From NCBI GenBank assembly GCA_033764955.1, contig JANRIL010000024.1, positions 96,001-160,000 on the forward strand: a stretch of 64,000 bases of DNA, in the 5' to 3' direction. Source of the stretch: Cyanobacteriota bacterium. Lineage in GTDB: Bacteria > Cyanobacteriota > Cyanobacteriia > Thermostichales > Thermostichaceae. Below, piece after piece: positions 29,922 through 40,255 of the stretch. The stretch's first letter is position 1, and the number at the start of each line of letters is the position of its first letter. A program made the translations under genes and the position numbers. The notes beneath the pieces are model-generated. The model did no database searches. It saw nothing but the letters and a program-made list of their open reading frames with translations, and was not told the DNA's origin.

Positions 29922-31304
29922 ATGAGCGCGACGACAGCCCGATATGGAACCACCGCCGCCAAAACGGAGCGGCTGCTCACTCTAGACAACGTGGGCAAAT
30001 CCTATATCCAGCCCAGCGGCCAAAAGATCTCGATCATGGAAAAGATCTCCCTCGAACTTTACACCGGAGAAATTGTTGCCCTGCTGGGGCCATCGGGATC
30101 CGGGAAATCCACCTTAATGCGGATGATTGCCGGATTGGTTCCGCCTTCCTCAGGACAAGTCCTCTACCGCCAGCAGCCGATGCTGGGTCTCAATCCGGGC
30201 GTAGCGATTGTCTTTCAAAGTTTTGCCCTCTACCCCTGGCTGACCGTTCTGGAAAATGTGGAACTGGGTCTGAAGGCTCTAGGAGAACGCGCTGACTCGC
30301 GCCGCCGTAAAGCCCACCAGATGATCGATGTGATTGGGCTGGATGGCTTTGAGAATGCCTATCCCAAAGAACTCTCTGGGGGGATGCGACAACGGGTGGG
30401 GTTTGCTCGTGCCTTGGCGGTGGAACCCGAACTGCTCTGCATGGACGAACCTTTTTCGGCGCTGGATGTGCTGACGGCGGAAAACCTGCGCTTTGAACTA
30501 TTGGATCTCTGGCTAGAAAAACGGATCCCGACCCAAGCCATCTTGATTGTTACCCACGGCATTGAAGAGGCGGTTTTGTTGGCTGACCGCATTATTGTTT
30601 TGGGGCGCAATCCCGGACGGATTCGAGCCGACTTGCCCGTGACGTTACCCCATTATCGGGATCGCAAAAGCCCAGGCTTTCAGGCATTGGTAGATCAGGT
30701 CTACAAAATTTTGACTCACCCTGAGCAGGATGTGGAGGCAGCGGCTCCCGCCGTGACCTTTGCCCAACCCGCCAAACCCGAAAAATATCAATCCCTTCCC
30801 TCTGTGCGGATTGGTTCCATCGCGGGTTTGCTGGAGTTGCTCGAAGATCGGCAAGGGGATCTCTATCGCCTCGGTCAGGAACTGCAACTGGAGGTGGATG
30901 ATATCTTGCCGATTGTGGAAGCCGCGAAATATATGGAGTTGATTGCCCTGCAAGAGGGAGATGTCACTCTCACCCCCTTGGGTGCCCAGTTTATTGAAGG
31001 CAACACCGATCAGCGCAAACAGATTGTGCAACGCCAACTACTGGCTCATATCCGCTTGGTACAACAAATCTTTCACCTGCTGCAAGCCAAACGCAATCGG
31101 CGCATCCCTGAGGAGTTGATCCTCGATATTTTGGCTGCCCATTTCAGTCCCCAAGAAGCGGAGCGACAACTGGCAACCGCCATTGACTGGGGTCGTTATG
31201 CTGAGCTTTATAGCTATGATGAACCTGCGGGAGAAATTTTCCTGGACAAGGAGGATTATCCCCCCACCGATACCGGGATCCCCCATGCTGCCCGCCCCCT
31301 CTGA
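29922..31304 (+). CDS. NitT/TauT family ABC transporter ATP-binding protein with C-terminal AAA-associated domain
   Basis: GPSGSGKST, LSGGMRQRV, MDEPFSALD, WGRYAEL. ATG 29922 has a GGAGGAG SD (the ORF track starts at 29808). Confidence 0.9.
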   Translation: MSATTARYGTTAAKTERLLTLDNVGKSYIQPSGQKISIMEKISLELYTGEIVALLGPSGSGKSTLMRMIAGLVPPSSGQVLYRQQPMLGLNPGVAIVFQSFALYPWLTVLENVELGLKALGERADSRRRKAHQMIDVIGLDGFENAYPKELSGGMRQRVGFARALAVEPELLCMDEPFSALDVLTAENLRFELLDLWLEKRIPTQAILIVTHGIEEAVLLADRIIVLGRNPGRIRADLPVTLPHYRDRKSPGFQALVDQVYKILTHPEQDVEAAAPAVTFAQPAKPEKYQSLPSVRIGSIAGLLELLEDRQGDLYRLGQELQLEVDDILPIVEAAKYMELIALQEGDVTLTPLGAQFIEGNTDQRKQIVQRQLLAHIRLVQQIFHLLQAKRNRRIPEELILDILAAHFSPQEAERQLATAIDWGRYAELYSYDEPAGEIFLDKEDYPPTDTGIPHAARPL

Positions 31305-31369
31305 AGGAACTTCAGGGATCCCACGCTGACCGCGGGCTAACTGACCACAAGGGCTAAACCATCCGAAAT

Positions 31370-32077
31370 ATGACAACAGGACATCGGATCTTGCTGGTGG
31401 ATGATGAACCGGGCTTACGGGAAGCGGTGCAAGCCTACCTAGAGGAGCACGGGTTTTTGGTGACTCCAGCGGCCAATCCTCAGCAAGCCTTTCAACTCCT
31501 CAGCACCGTTCAGCCGGAAGTGGTGATCTCTGACATCATGATGCCGGGTATGGATGGCTTTCAATTTTTGCACCAACTCCGCCAACTGGAACTCTACAGC
31601 CATCTACCTGTGATTTTTTTGACGGCCAAAGGCATGACTGCTGACCGCATTCAGGGCTACCGCGCTGGGGTCGATGCCTACCTGCCCAAACCCTTTGATC
31701 CCGATGAGTTAGTGGCGATTGTCCAGAACCAAATCGACCGTGCCCAGACCCTAGCTCCGCCCGCCGTGATTGCCCGTGAGTTAGCCTCAATTCGAGCCAT
31801 GCTGACCGAGAAAGGGGATCCCGAAATGGTGACCAGCGGTCAGCCCTCCCCTCCCCCCCCCCCAACTCCCCCCATTCAGGTGGATCTCACCCCCCGTGAA
31901 CAGGAGGTCTTAGAAAAAGTGGCGGAAGGACTCATGAATAAAGAGATTGCCAAACAACTGCAAACTAGCATCCGCAATGTCGAGAAGTATGTAACCCGCC
32001 TCCTCAACAAGACCGGCACCAGCAGCCGCACCGAGCTAGTTCGCTATGCCATCACCTACGGGTTGATCCACCTTTGA
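31370..32077 (+). CDS. NarL/LuxR-family response regulator (Ycf29-like)
   Basis: LLVDDEP, SDIMMP, LTAK, KPF; HTH LTPREQEVL...GLMNKEIA. Confidence 0.92.
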   Translation: MTTGHRILLVDDEPGLREAVQAYLEEHGFLVTPAANPQQAFQLLSTVQPEVVISDIMMPGMDGFQFLHQLRQLELYSHLPVIFLTAKGMTADRIQGYRAGVDAYLPKPFDPDELVAIVQNQIDRAQTLAPPAVIARELASIRAMLTEKGDPEMVTSGQPSPPPPPTPPIQVDLTPREQEVLEKVAEGLMNKEIAKQLQTSIRNVEKYVTRLLNKTGTSSRTELVRYAITYGLIHL

Positions 32078-32884
32078 GGGATCCATCGCCCATGGCTGAC
32101 CGGCATCCCCAGTGGGCGGCTGAACCGCGATGACCAGAACGGTGGCACCAATCGTGGCAATCGGCAATACCAACAGATTGAGCAACGGCACCGCCAGCCA
32201 GCCAAAGGTGATCAGACTAAATCCGGCCATCAAGCAGCGATGCTTTTGCACAAAGGCTAGCTTCTGATGGAAGCGCAACCCCCTTCCACTCAAGGGAGGA
32301 TCCACCATATCCAACCCCGCCAAAAAAATCAGGATGAGGATCATCGTAAGCTGACCCAGCACCGGGATCCCCCAACCCATGCCTGCCGCCAGCAAGAGCA
32401 AAAATACCTGCATCCCGATCTGGCGAACCGTATCCGCCAGTGCCGCCCCCCAGGGGATCCCTACCCCCTCGGACACCTGCCCCCGCAATAGCCCCTCGGT
32501 TTGTTTCGCTAACGCCTCTCGAAAGGGAATAGAGATCAGGCTCATCAGCGGAAAAAACAAAAACAGAACCAATCCCAACAGCACTACCACTCCACTCAAG
32601 GCTCCTATCCCATGCATCACCCAACTGGGCAAAGTGGCAGGCAGATAGCCCAGCAACACCCCAGTCAACTGAGAACTCACCCAAGACAAGCCCAGCAGCA
32701 CCCCCATCGTCAGCAATACGGGCAAAATACTGGTAATCTGCAACCGCGGTGAGGCTCGCAACAGTCGCCAGCCCTCCCCCCAAAAGCGGATCCCCATCCA
32801 AAATTGGTAGAGGGATCCCCGTTGTGGCTGATAAGCAGACAACATGGGCGAATCCAGCAGCAATAGCTGTGACATAGCAGCCAA
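32036..32884 (-). CDS. EI24/CysZ-like membrane protein
   Basis: Several TM segments; SIPFREALA, VPLLNLLVLPIATIGAT. Confidence 0.8.
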   Translation of the reverse strand: MAAMSQLLLLDSPMLSAYQPQRGSLYQFWMGIRFWGEGWRLLRASPRLQITSILPVLLTMGVLLGLSWVSSQLTGVLLGYLPATLPSWVMHGIGALSGVVVLLGLVLFLFFPLMSLISIPFREALAKQTEGLLRGQVSEGVGIPWGAALADTVRQIGMQVFLLLLAAGMGWGIPVLGQLTMILILIFLAGLDMVDPPLSGRGLRFHQKLAFVQKHRCLMAGFSLITFGWLAVPLLNLLVLPIATIGATVLVIAVQPPTGDAGQPWAMDPSKVDQPVGDGIAN

Positions 32885-33067
32885 AGGGAGAAGTCGACAA
32901 ACCGCCTCAACACCCTAAAGACCACGCAGGGAAGGGAAGCTGGCTTGGTAAAATGAGGAAGTGGTTGAGGCAGGTACAGCCCAAGGACTGTCTCTCAATT
33001 GTCTCACTTACCTAGGATTTCGATTGTATGGGTTTGTGGTTGATTTTTGCCTGTGGAGGGGATTGCT

Positions 33068-33472
33068 GTGTTTAAGAAAATCTTGTTTCCTATCGATAAT
33101 TCCCGTGAAACGAGCCATGCCATCACTCTGGTGGCTGATATCGCCCAACGCTACTCCAGCGCGATTTATCTCTTGTCGGTGCTTGATCAAACCAACCTAG
33201 CCCCTGACCAAGCCGCCCATGCTCGTTCCACCACTCAGTCCTTACTGCAACAGACCGAGGCTGCCTTCCAGCAAGTCGGACTGCCCACCATCAAAAGTGA
33301 ATATCGGGAAGGCAAAGTGCCCTTTGTCATCTGCGATGTGGCGGATGAACGGGAGATTGACTTGATTGTGATGGGCTGTCGCGGCATTGGCTTGACCAGC
33401 GAAGGCAATGAAGACAGCGTTAGCAACCGCGTCATCAATCTCGCCCCCTGTCCAGTATTGGTCGTACCTTAG
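33068..33472 (+). CDS. universal stress protein
   Basis: FKKILFPID.S, DLIVMGCRG, SVSNRVINLAPCPVLVVP; GTG start with GGAGG SD. Confidence 0.92.
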   Translation: MFKKILFPIDNSRETSHAITLVADIAQRYSSAIYLLSVLDQTNLAPDQAAHARSTTQSLLQQTEAAFQQVGLPTIKSEYREGKVPFVICDVADEREIDLIVMGCRGIGLTSEGNEDSVSNRVINLAPCPVLVVP

Positions 33473-33675
33473 GCATTAAGGATTGTAAAATTTCTGATCC
33501 ATAGCTCTCAGGCTGGACGCTATTCTGAGACAGTTAAATTTCGGGAGAAGAGAGCGTTGAGACCGCTTAGGCTCCCTAAGTTGGCGCGACGGCTGGGGAT
33601 TTTCCTTGATTTGGCGCTCAGCAAAGGCTGCTGTAAAACGAAGATCAGTTCTTTACATCTTGGTTAAAGGTCTTT

Positions 33676-34020
33676 ATGGAAACTCGCGGCTATAAAAAGG
33701 CTACGCAAAAGTCGTTCGAGGTGATGAAACACTTTGCGGAAACCTATGCCAAGCGAAGTGATACCTACTTTTGCTCTGACTCTTCCATTACCACGGCGGT
33801 GATCGAGGGGCTGGCGATGCATAAAGAAGAGTTGGGATCCCCACTTTGTCCTTGCCGCTTCTATGAAGACAAAGAGGCTGAGGTCAAATCCGGTTATTGG
33901 AATTGCCCCTGTGTGCCGATGCGGGAGCGCAAAGAGTGCCATTGTCTATTGTTTCTGACGCCAGATAACGCCTTTGCGGGAACAGCTCAGGTGTTAGAGG
34001 AAGTGGAATTAGAGTATTGA
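33676..34020 (+). CDS. ftrC: ferredoxin-thioredoxin reductase catalytic subunit
   Basis: LCPCR, WNCPCVPMRERKECHCLLF. Confidence 0.95.
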   Translation: METRGYKKATQKSFEVMKHFAETYAKRSDTYFCSDSSITTAVIEGLAMHKEELGSPLCPCRFYEDKEAEVKSGYWNCPCVPMRERKECHCLLFLTPDNAFAGTAQVLEEVELEY

Positions 34021-34089
34021 AAGAAGCTTAAGGGACTTTTGGGAGTCCAATTTGAGGGTTAGCGAGTATCGATGATTGGTTGGGACAGG

Positions 34090-34554
34090 TTATCTGACTG
34101 GGCAGGGCAGGCGCATAATGCTTAAACCTGATCTGGTTTGCTCAGAGAGTTCTGCCCCCAGTCGGCGATAAAAATTAGGGATATCGGTACCCAGATAAAC
34201 CTCGCTAAACCCCAGTTGGTGGCTGACTTGTTGGAGGTGAATCACCAAGGTGCTGCCAATTCCCCGCCGGCGGTGGCTGGGCACAACATAGAGAGCGGCT
34301 AACCACGGAAAGAGATGGGGGCGGTTGGGATCATCGTTAGCAATTAGGTTGATCGTGCCCACCGGAATGCCCTCGATCAGGGCTAACAAGCTGAGGGGGA
34401 GGTGATGGGGATCCACAGCTTCCGCCAACCGCTGTTCAAAAAAAACCGGATCATAGGCGGGCTGATCCGCCCAAAAAGCTTGGTAGATCCAGTCGGCCAC
34501 TTGCGGGATAGCCTGGGGATGCTGAAAGAGATGAGCAATCTGTAGGGGCACCAT
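34090..34554 (-). CDS. GNAT family N-acetyltransferase
   Basis: WLAALYV.PSHRRRGIGS, FYRRLG. Confidence 0.88.
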   Translation of the reverse strand: MVPLQIAHLFQHPQAIPQVADWIYQAFWADQPAYDPVFFEQRLAEAVDPHHLPLSLLALIEGIPVGTINLIANDDPNRPHLFPWLAALYVVPSHRRRGIGSTLVIHLQQVSHQLGFSEVYLGTDIPNFYRRLGAELSEQTRSGLSIMRLPCPVR

Positions 34555-34666
34555 CGCTCTGGCTCAAAAGGGGAATAAACGGGCAAGATCGTCCGCTTGG
34601 TCTGGCAAGAAGAGGGCATCCCCTTGGTATGATCGAAATGTTGGTCTTTATTTTAAGATTCCCACC

Positions 34667-34783
34667 ATGACTCCATCTTTAGCCAATTTTCTCTATAGCC
34701 TAGTTGCTGGGGCCGTAGTTTTGGGTTCCCTGTTTGTTGCTCTATTGATTGTCAGCCAACGGGACAAGGTTCGCCGCAGTTGA
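34667..34783 (+). CDS. psbX: photosystem II protein X
   Basis: Translated by hand (below the ORF-track cutoff): MTPSLANFLYSLVAGAVVLGSLFVALLIVSQRDKVRRS. Confidence 0.93.
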   Translation: MTPSLANFLYSLVAGAVVLGSLFVALLIVSQRDKVRRS

Positions 34784-34878
34784 GCCAAATCGGTTAAGCA
34801 CCATCCGGTTTAAGCGTCCCCACCATAGCCTGAACTGTTGGTGACTGCTATCGATCCCGTCTTGGGCATCTGCCACTG

Positions 34879-35970
34879 TTGCATGGATTGAGCCACCCCA
34901 TTTTGACTCTCCTCATCAACCTATCCTGCTTGATCCCACAGCCCAGTGGGATCTCTGTTTATGCCCTTAATGTGCTACCCCACCTCCATCCTTTGGATCC
35001 GGTTGTGCTCAGTAACGAAGCGGTGGCGGGTTTTTACAGTATCGGGATCCCTTTCCTGCCTTCTGGGGAAGAGGGGCGATTTCGCCATGTCAGGCGCTTA
35101 GCCTGGATTCAATTTGGCTTGCCCCGTTGCTATCGGCAGCAGGCAGCCTCCCTTTTATTCTCCCCTCTGCCGGAAGCTCCCCTCCATTCTGGCTGTCGAT
35201 CGGTGGTGATGGCTCATGATGTCATCCCCTTACGCTTTCCCGTGGCTGGCAGTCCTCTCTTGCCCTATTTTCGCCACTATGTGCCTCAGGTGTTGCGGCA
35301 AGCCCAGCACATCATTTGCAATTCTCAAGCAACCGCCGATGATTTGATCCAGTTTTATGGCCTTCCAGCTCGGCAGATTACCCCGATTCCATTAGCCTAT
35401 GACCCGACCCATTTTCGCTGGCTGAACCTGCCCACCCAACCCTATTTCCTATATGTCGGGCGTTTGGATCCCCACAAAAACCTGGCTCGCTTGATTACCG
35501 CTTTTGCCCATTTGCCAAGGGAGCTATCGGTAGAACTGTGGCTAGCCGGATCCTCAGATAGCCGTTATCGCCCTCCCCTAGAGGCTCAGGTTGAGGAGCT
35601 AGGGATCCACCCACGGGTGAAATGGCTGGACTACGTGCCCTTGGCGGAGCTGCCTATCTTGCTCAATCAGGCGTTGGCTTTGGTGTTTCCTAGTTTGTGG
35701 GAGGGGTTTGGCTTGCCGATAGTAGAGGCGATGGCCTGTGGAACTCCGGTGATTACTTCCAATCGAGCCTCTCTAGCAGAGATAGGGGCTGATGCGGCTC
35801 TCTTGGTGGATCCTGAAAATATTGATGCCCTGCAAGCCGCCATGCAGCAGGTTGCCACGGATCCCCAATTATTTCAGCAGCTACGACAAAAAGGATTAGA
35901 GCGTTCCCGACGGTTTAGCTGGCAAAACACCGGAGCCGCCACGCTAGGAATTCTGCGGCAACATCTTTGA
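34879..35970 (+). CDS. glycosyltransferase family 4 (mannosyltransferase-like)
   Basis: HDVIP, YVGR...HKN, FPSLWEGFGLPIVEAMACGTPV. Confidence 0.92.
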   Translation: MHGLSHPILTLLINLSCLIPQPSGISVYALNVLPHLHPLDPVVLSNEAVAGFYSIGIPFLPSGEEGRFRHVRRLAWIQFGLPRCYRQQAASLLFSPLPEAPLHSGCRSVVMAHDVIPLRFPVAGSPLLPYFRHYVPQVLRQAQHIICNSQATADDLIQFYGLPARQITPIPLAYDPTHFRWLNLPTQPYFLYVGRLDPHKNLARLITAFAHLPRELSVELWLAGSSDSRYRPPLEAQVEELGIHPRVKWLDYVPLAELPILLNQALALVFPSLWEGFGLPIVEAMACGTPVITSNRASLAEIGADAALLVDPENIDALQAAMQQVATDPQLFQQLRQKGLERSRRFSWQNTGAATLGILRQHL

Positions 35971-35983
35971 CGGGAGAGGGAAA

Positions 35984-36838
35984 CTAGAGCGGGTTGGCGG
36001 AACGGAGTTGATTAGCAGTGTTTTGGGATTCGAGGGTTGTGACTTTATTCATGCCGTGGCTAGCCGGATCAAACCCCTGGTCAAAATGGGTGTAATCATC
36101 GTACATGGCTCCGCTTAAGATAGCTCCCCGCAAATCAGCCCCCACCAAGTTTGCCCCTGCCAAGTTCGCCCCCGTCAGATTGGCTTCCCACAATTTTGCT
36201 CCCGCCAGATTGGCTTGGCTGAGGTTGGCACGAGTCAGATCCGCCTGCCATAGGTCGGATCCGCCACTCAAGTTGGCTTTGGTCAGATCAGCTCCCTGCA
36301 ATTTGGCATCCCATAATTCGGTTTTGAGCAGTTCAGCTCCCCGCAGTTGCGTATCCTTGAGACGGGCTTCCCAGAGGCTAGCCCCACTCAAATTGGCTCC
36401 ACTTAGATCGGCTCCACTCAGATCGGCTTCGTTCAATCGGGCTTTGGCAAGACGAGCCTCCCGTAGATCACAGCCCACTAGGTTAGCGGCAGTCAGGTTG
36501 GTTTCACTAAAATTTCCCACGGCGAGGGTAGCTCGCTCTAAGTTGGCTTGGCTGAGGTTAGCTTTGCTGCAATCTGCCTGCAACAAATTGGACTGGCTGA
36601 GGTTGGCGCGATACAAATCCGCTCCACTCAGGTTGGAACCACTTAGATTGGCTCCTTGCAGTTGCGCCCCTTGCAGTTGGATCCCTTGCAGTTTGGATCC
36701 CCAGAGGGCGATTCCAACTAGGTTGGCTCGATTTAAGTTAGAACCCGCCAGGTTCACATGATCAAATTCTCGCTCACCAGAGCTATAGCGTTGGGTGAGA
36801 TCGATGGCGTTGTAGACAGGTCGAGGCTGGCTATTCAT
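35984..36838 (-). CDS. pentapeptide repeat protein
   Basis: Long tandem A(N/D)LXX repeats. Confidence 0.93.
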   Translation of the reverse strand: MNSQPRPVYNAIDLTQRYSSGEREFDHVNLAGSNLNRANLVGIALWGSKLQGIQLQGAQLQGANLSGSNLSGADLYRANLSQSNLLQADCSKANLSQANLERATLAVGNFSETNLTAANLVGCDLREARLAKARLNEADLSGADLSGANLSGASLWEARLKDTQLRGAELLKTELWDAKLQGADLTKANLSGGSDLWQADLTRANLSQANLAGAKLWEANLTGANLAGANLVGADLRGAILSGAMYDDYTHFDQGFDPASHGMNKVTTLESQNTANQLRSANPL

Positions 36839-37009
36839 GACAACAGGGATCCTTAAACGAGGGGGAGAAAGCGGTCACAAGGGTTTTAGCTGTGTTTCAT
36901 CTTTCCGTATTTTTCGGGAGGGCATAGGTATCTGGATCACCAAGCCAGTCGTCCCCAGATCACAAAGGAGGGATCCCGTTATCTTATTCATTTCTTAACC
37001 TGACGGTTC

Positions 37010-37945
37010 TCAAAAATCACTGAACCGCCACAATCGCACCCCCCAAAAAGCCAGCAGGAAAAGGAGCATCAAGCCATCCCATCCGTTTAGGCGAAAGCGA
37101 TGCCAGCGCACCTGATGTTGGGATCCCATAAAGCCGCGTACCTGCATGGCGTTAGCGGTTTGTTCGGCTCGCAACAGCAGATTTTCCAGGAGGCGTTCCA
37201 CCAGCGAAAGGAGGGTGTGAATGGCTGTTCGTAAGGAAAGGGTCTGCCAGCGAATGTCGCGGGTGCGAACGGCGCGCACCAGGTTTTGCACTTCTTCTAG
37301 CACAAGGGGCAAAAACCGCAGGGCAAGGGTGAGGGTCAGGATAATTTCTGAGACCGGGATTCGCCATCGCTTGAGGGGATGGCCCAGCCGCTCCAGGCTT
37401 TCCGCCACTTCTTCGGGGGAGGTGGTGAGCAAAAAAAGGTTGGTGGCGTAGAGGAGGGTAAAGATGAGGGTGGAGAGGCGGTTGGCAATCGACAGGGAGC
37501 GCTGGGTGACGATCAACGGCCCGAACCCCAAAACCTTGTCGGCGAAAAGACGATAGCGGTACGGGCTGGGCGGGATGGAAGGGGGGGGGAGAGAGGGGGA
37601 TGGAGGGGAGACTAGCCCATACTGACTAACCTGGGCATCCTGTCGTTGCACCTGGGGGGTTACGCCCAAACCGTCGGGGGCAGTGAAGGTGAGCAAAAAA
37701 GTCAGGCCACTCAACAGCATCACTAACCCCAGTTGGCGGCTCCAGACTCGCCGTGGCAGCCCAATCAGAAAGGTAAGCACGAGCAAAGCCCCAACGATCA
37801 AAATTCGCCATAGGTCGGTGGCTAGGATGGGGCTAAGCAGCACGCTCAGCAACCAGACAAATTTCACCCGTGGATCGCGTTGGTGCAGCCAAGTTCGGGG
37901 GGACTCTAGGTAAAGACCCAGAGGAACATTACGCAGAATATCCAT
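37010..37945 (-). CDS. ECF transporter transmembrane component T (CbiQ/Ycf92-like)
   Basis: PLGLYLE.P.TWLH..DPRVK, LALRFLPLVLEE, AMQVRGF. Confidence 0.9.
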   Translation of the reverse strand: MDILRNVPLGLYLESPRTWLHQRDPRVKFVWLLSVLLSPILATDLWRILIVGALLVLTFLIGLPRRVWSRQLGLVMLLSGLTFLLTFTAPDGLGVTPQVQRQDAQVSQYGLVSPPSPSLPPPSIPPSPYRYRLFADKVLGFGPLIVTQRSLSIANRLSTLIFTLLYATNLFLLTTSPEEVAESLERLGHPLKRWRIPVSEIILTLTLALRFLPLVLEEVQNLVRAVRTRDIRWQTLSLRTAIHTLLSLVERLLENLLLRAEQTANAMQVRGFMGSQHQVRWHRFRLNGWDGLMLLFLLAFWGVRLWRFSDF

Positions 37946-37948
37946 CCG

Positions 37949-40021
37949 TCAGGGGAGTTTTTCTACGAGGGGGGTATTACCCAGTTGCGCCGCCACCCAG
38001 CCGCCAGGGGATCCCTCTGGCTCAACCTGTAACCAAAGCGGGACTTGTCCATCCGTGCCCAGTTGCGCCTTAACCACCCGTAGGGAGGACTGGGCAGGAG
38101 CGGCTCCCACGACTCCGGCTTCTAGGCTGGGCTGTTGACGGATGCGGATGCCATCGCTAGAGACCACCCGTACCTGTTGCACCCCTTGCCAGTCGGGGGG
38201 GATGGTGGGGGCGGGGGGGGGGGTAGGGGCAGCCTCTGGGATCTCGACGGGAGCCTGATCCAACTGAACTTGCGGTTGCTCGGTCGGACCAGGGGGGGTA
38301 GGAGTTAACAACCCCCGCACAATCTGCACAATCACCACCAAGCACACCACTACCACACCAACCCCCCCCGCCAAGCGTAAAAGGGGAGCTGGGGAAGGGG
38401 AGCGAGGCGAACGTTTGCGGCTTGGGCGATGGCGATGGGAAAGGGTGGGATCCCCCACCTCCCCTGACCAACGTTCCCCCTCCTGGCTGGGAGGACGCAA
38501 GCCCATCTCAGCGACATTGGCATAGGCGGGTAAATCGGCCATGCGGGGGGGCAGCACTTCCGTGGAAGCTGCGCCGCGCTGAGGAGCTGAGGCCGCCATC
38601 ATACCCTCCGAAAAAGCAGAGTTGGTGGAGGGATCCCCCCGCCCTTGACGACCAACAGCCATGCCTTCGACTTCAGTGTCACTGCGGGGCTGTGGGGGCT
38701 GAGGAGAAAGCATTTCGGGGTGGGGTGCAGCTCCCCATCCTTCCCCTAGACCATAGTTCCAAGTCGATCCGGCGGCGGCAGCAACACCCGCCCGTTCAAA
38801 ATTAGGAATATGGATCCGGGAAGGCAGCGGGGCGCTATCCTCTTTCCCAGAGGTGAGCATCTCATCCAGATAGGCCTGCACCTGTGGGTTATCAAAGTAG
38901 GTTCGCAAATCTACGGATCCCACCTCTAGGCCGCGAAATTCGGGAAAAATTTCCTGTTCAAACCAGCGTTCCGTAAACTGGCACAGCCCCGGCAACCAGT
39001 CAGGGGATCCGGCGGACTGCTCTTGAATAAACCGCAGAGGTTCCGGTTCGCGGGCTTGCTGCAAATGGTGGAGGGCTTTCTCCGTTTGTCCCAGCAATAG
39101 ACTACAAATGGCCTGCTCTAGGTGGACATCCTGCCGTTGGGCTAGCCGGGCTAAATAGCCACGACCCCGCCGTACCAGGGCTGGCCGATTTTCGACATAG
39201 CCTCGCGCCAACAAAACCTGCACCGCCAGATAAGTAGCTACCATTGAGGGGCGATCGGCCTCTCGCTCAAATAACTCCTGTTGCTCCGCTAGGGTCATTT
39301 GCCGCCGCAAGCGTTGCACAAACCGCAGAAAGTCTTCGGTGCTAAAGGTAGAGCCATCCTGTCCCAGTCCTTCAATCCCCCGCCGCTCCTGCAACATCCC
39401 CTGCAAGAGGCTGAGTCCTTCCGCTCGCTGCGAATCCGATTCGTCCAAGCCCAATAGATGCAAAATCCGATAGGGGCGCAGATGGCCTAAGCTTTCCTTC
39501 AGCTCTGCCTGCAAATCAGGAAAAGCTTTCTGGTGTTCCAACTGGTGCAAAGCGAACTCTAGGGATTGAGCGGCCTGCTCAAAGGATCCCTGCTGCCAAG
39601 CCTCCCGCCCTAGTTCTAGTCGGGCAATCCCCATGGTGAGTAGAGCGTCGGCATGGAAAAGCGAGGGGTGAGCTAAGAGCGCCTCGGACACCTGCAAAGC
39701 AGCCTGAAAATCCCCCGTTTCACACAAGATCAGTAGGGCGGCGGGCAACAGGGGATCCGGAATATCCAAGCTGGGATTAGCCGCCATCATGTGGGCGTCA
39801 TAGTTCTGGCGTTGCTGGGGATCCAAAAGCACGCTGGCGGCTTCCTGCAAGAGCTGTTCCCGTCCCTGTAAGGCTTGTGGCGAAAACCCTGGCCAAAGAC
39901 TGCGATCCGGGGCGGTTTCCTGCGGGGGACGGATCCGTTCTCGATAGGCCTGCTCGATCTGCCGATCATCAGCCTGGATGGGCAACATGAGAATGCGATA
40001 GTAATCGAGAGCTACCTGCAC
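37949..40021 (-). CDS. ftn2: cell division protein Ftn2/ZipN (ARC6 homologue) with SH3b-like C-terminus
   Basis: LDYYRIL J-like N-terminus, LRPYRIL.LL, EQQELFE, EQAICSLLLGQ, LPGLC.F.ERW...EIFP.FR, single TM segment; GTG 40021 has a GAGGAG SD (the ORF track starts at 40294). Confidence 0.88.
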   Translation of the reverse strand: MQVALDYYRILMLPIQADDRQIEQAYRERIRPPQETAPDRSLWPGFSPQALQGREQLLQEAASVLLDPQQRQNYDAHMMAANPSLDIPDPLLPAALLILCETGDFQAALQVSEALLAHPSLFHADALLTMGIARLELGREAWQQGSFEQAAQSLEFALHQLEHQKAFPDLQAELKESLGHLRPYRILHLLGLDESDSQRAEGLSLLQGMLQERRGIEGLGQDGSTFSTEDFLRFVQRLRRQMTLAEQQELFEREADRPSMVATYLAVQVLLARGYVENRPALVRRGRGYLARLAQRQDVHLEQAICSLLLGQTEKALHHLQQAREPEPLRFIQEQSAGSPDWLPGLCQFTERWFEQEIFPEFRGLEVGSVDLRTYFDNPQVQAYLDEMLTSGKEDSAPLPSRIHIPNFERAGVAAAAGSTWNYGLGEGWGAAPHPEMLSPQPPQPRSDTEVEGMAVGRQGRGDPSTNSAFSEGMMAASAPQRGAASTEVLPPRMADLPAYANVAEMGLRPPSQEGERWSGEVGDPTLSHRHRPSRKRSPRSPSPAPLLRLAGGVGVVVVCLVVIVQIVRGLLTPTPPGPTEQPQVQLDQAPVEIPEAAPTPPPAPTIPPDWQGVQQVRVVSSDGIRIRQQPSLEAGVVGAAPAQSSLRVVKAQLGTDGQVPLWLQVEPEGSPGGWVAAQLGNTPLVEKLP

Positions 40022-40255
40022 AGTCGTCTCCTCACCACGTCCTGAATCCTTGACCCTGAGCAATTGCAAGCTATCCCTAGCGTTGAGCGGGCGTCCCTTA
40101 GTTCTGTCCTCTTGCTTTATGAGGATAGTTCTGTGGGAGGCATCCGCAAAAATAATAACCTTAATACCATAGCAAGGTTGGCAACCGTAGACTTTCGCTT
40201 GGACGGCAAGGTCAGAACCCGTTAGGCTGGAGGCTAAGGTTTCATCGATGAACTC

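Noticed and set aside
36105..36761. 218-aa repetitive plus-strand ORF
   Set aside because: Antisense of the pentapeptide-repeat gene; the periodicity is explained by that protein.
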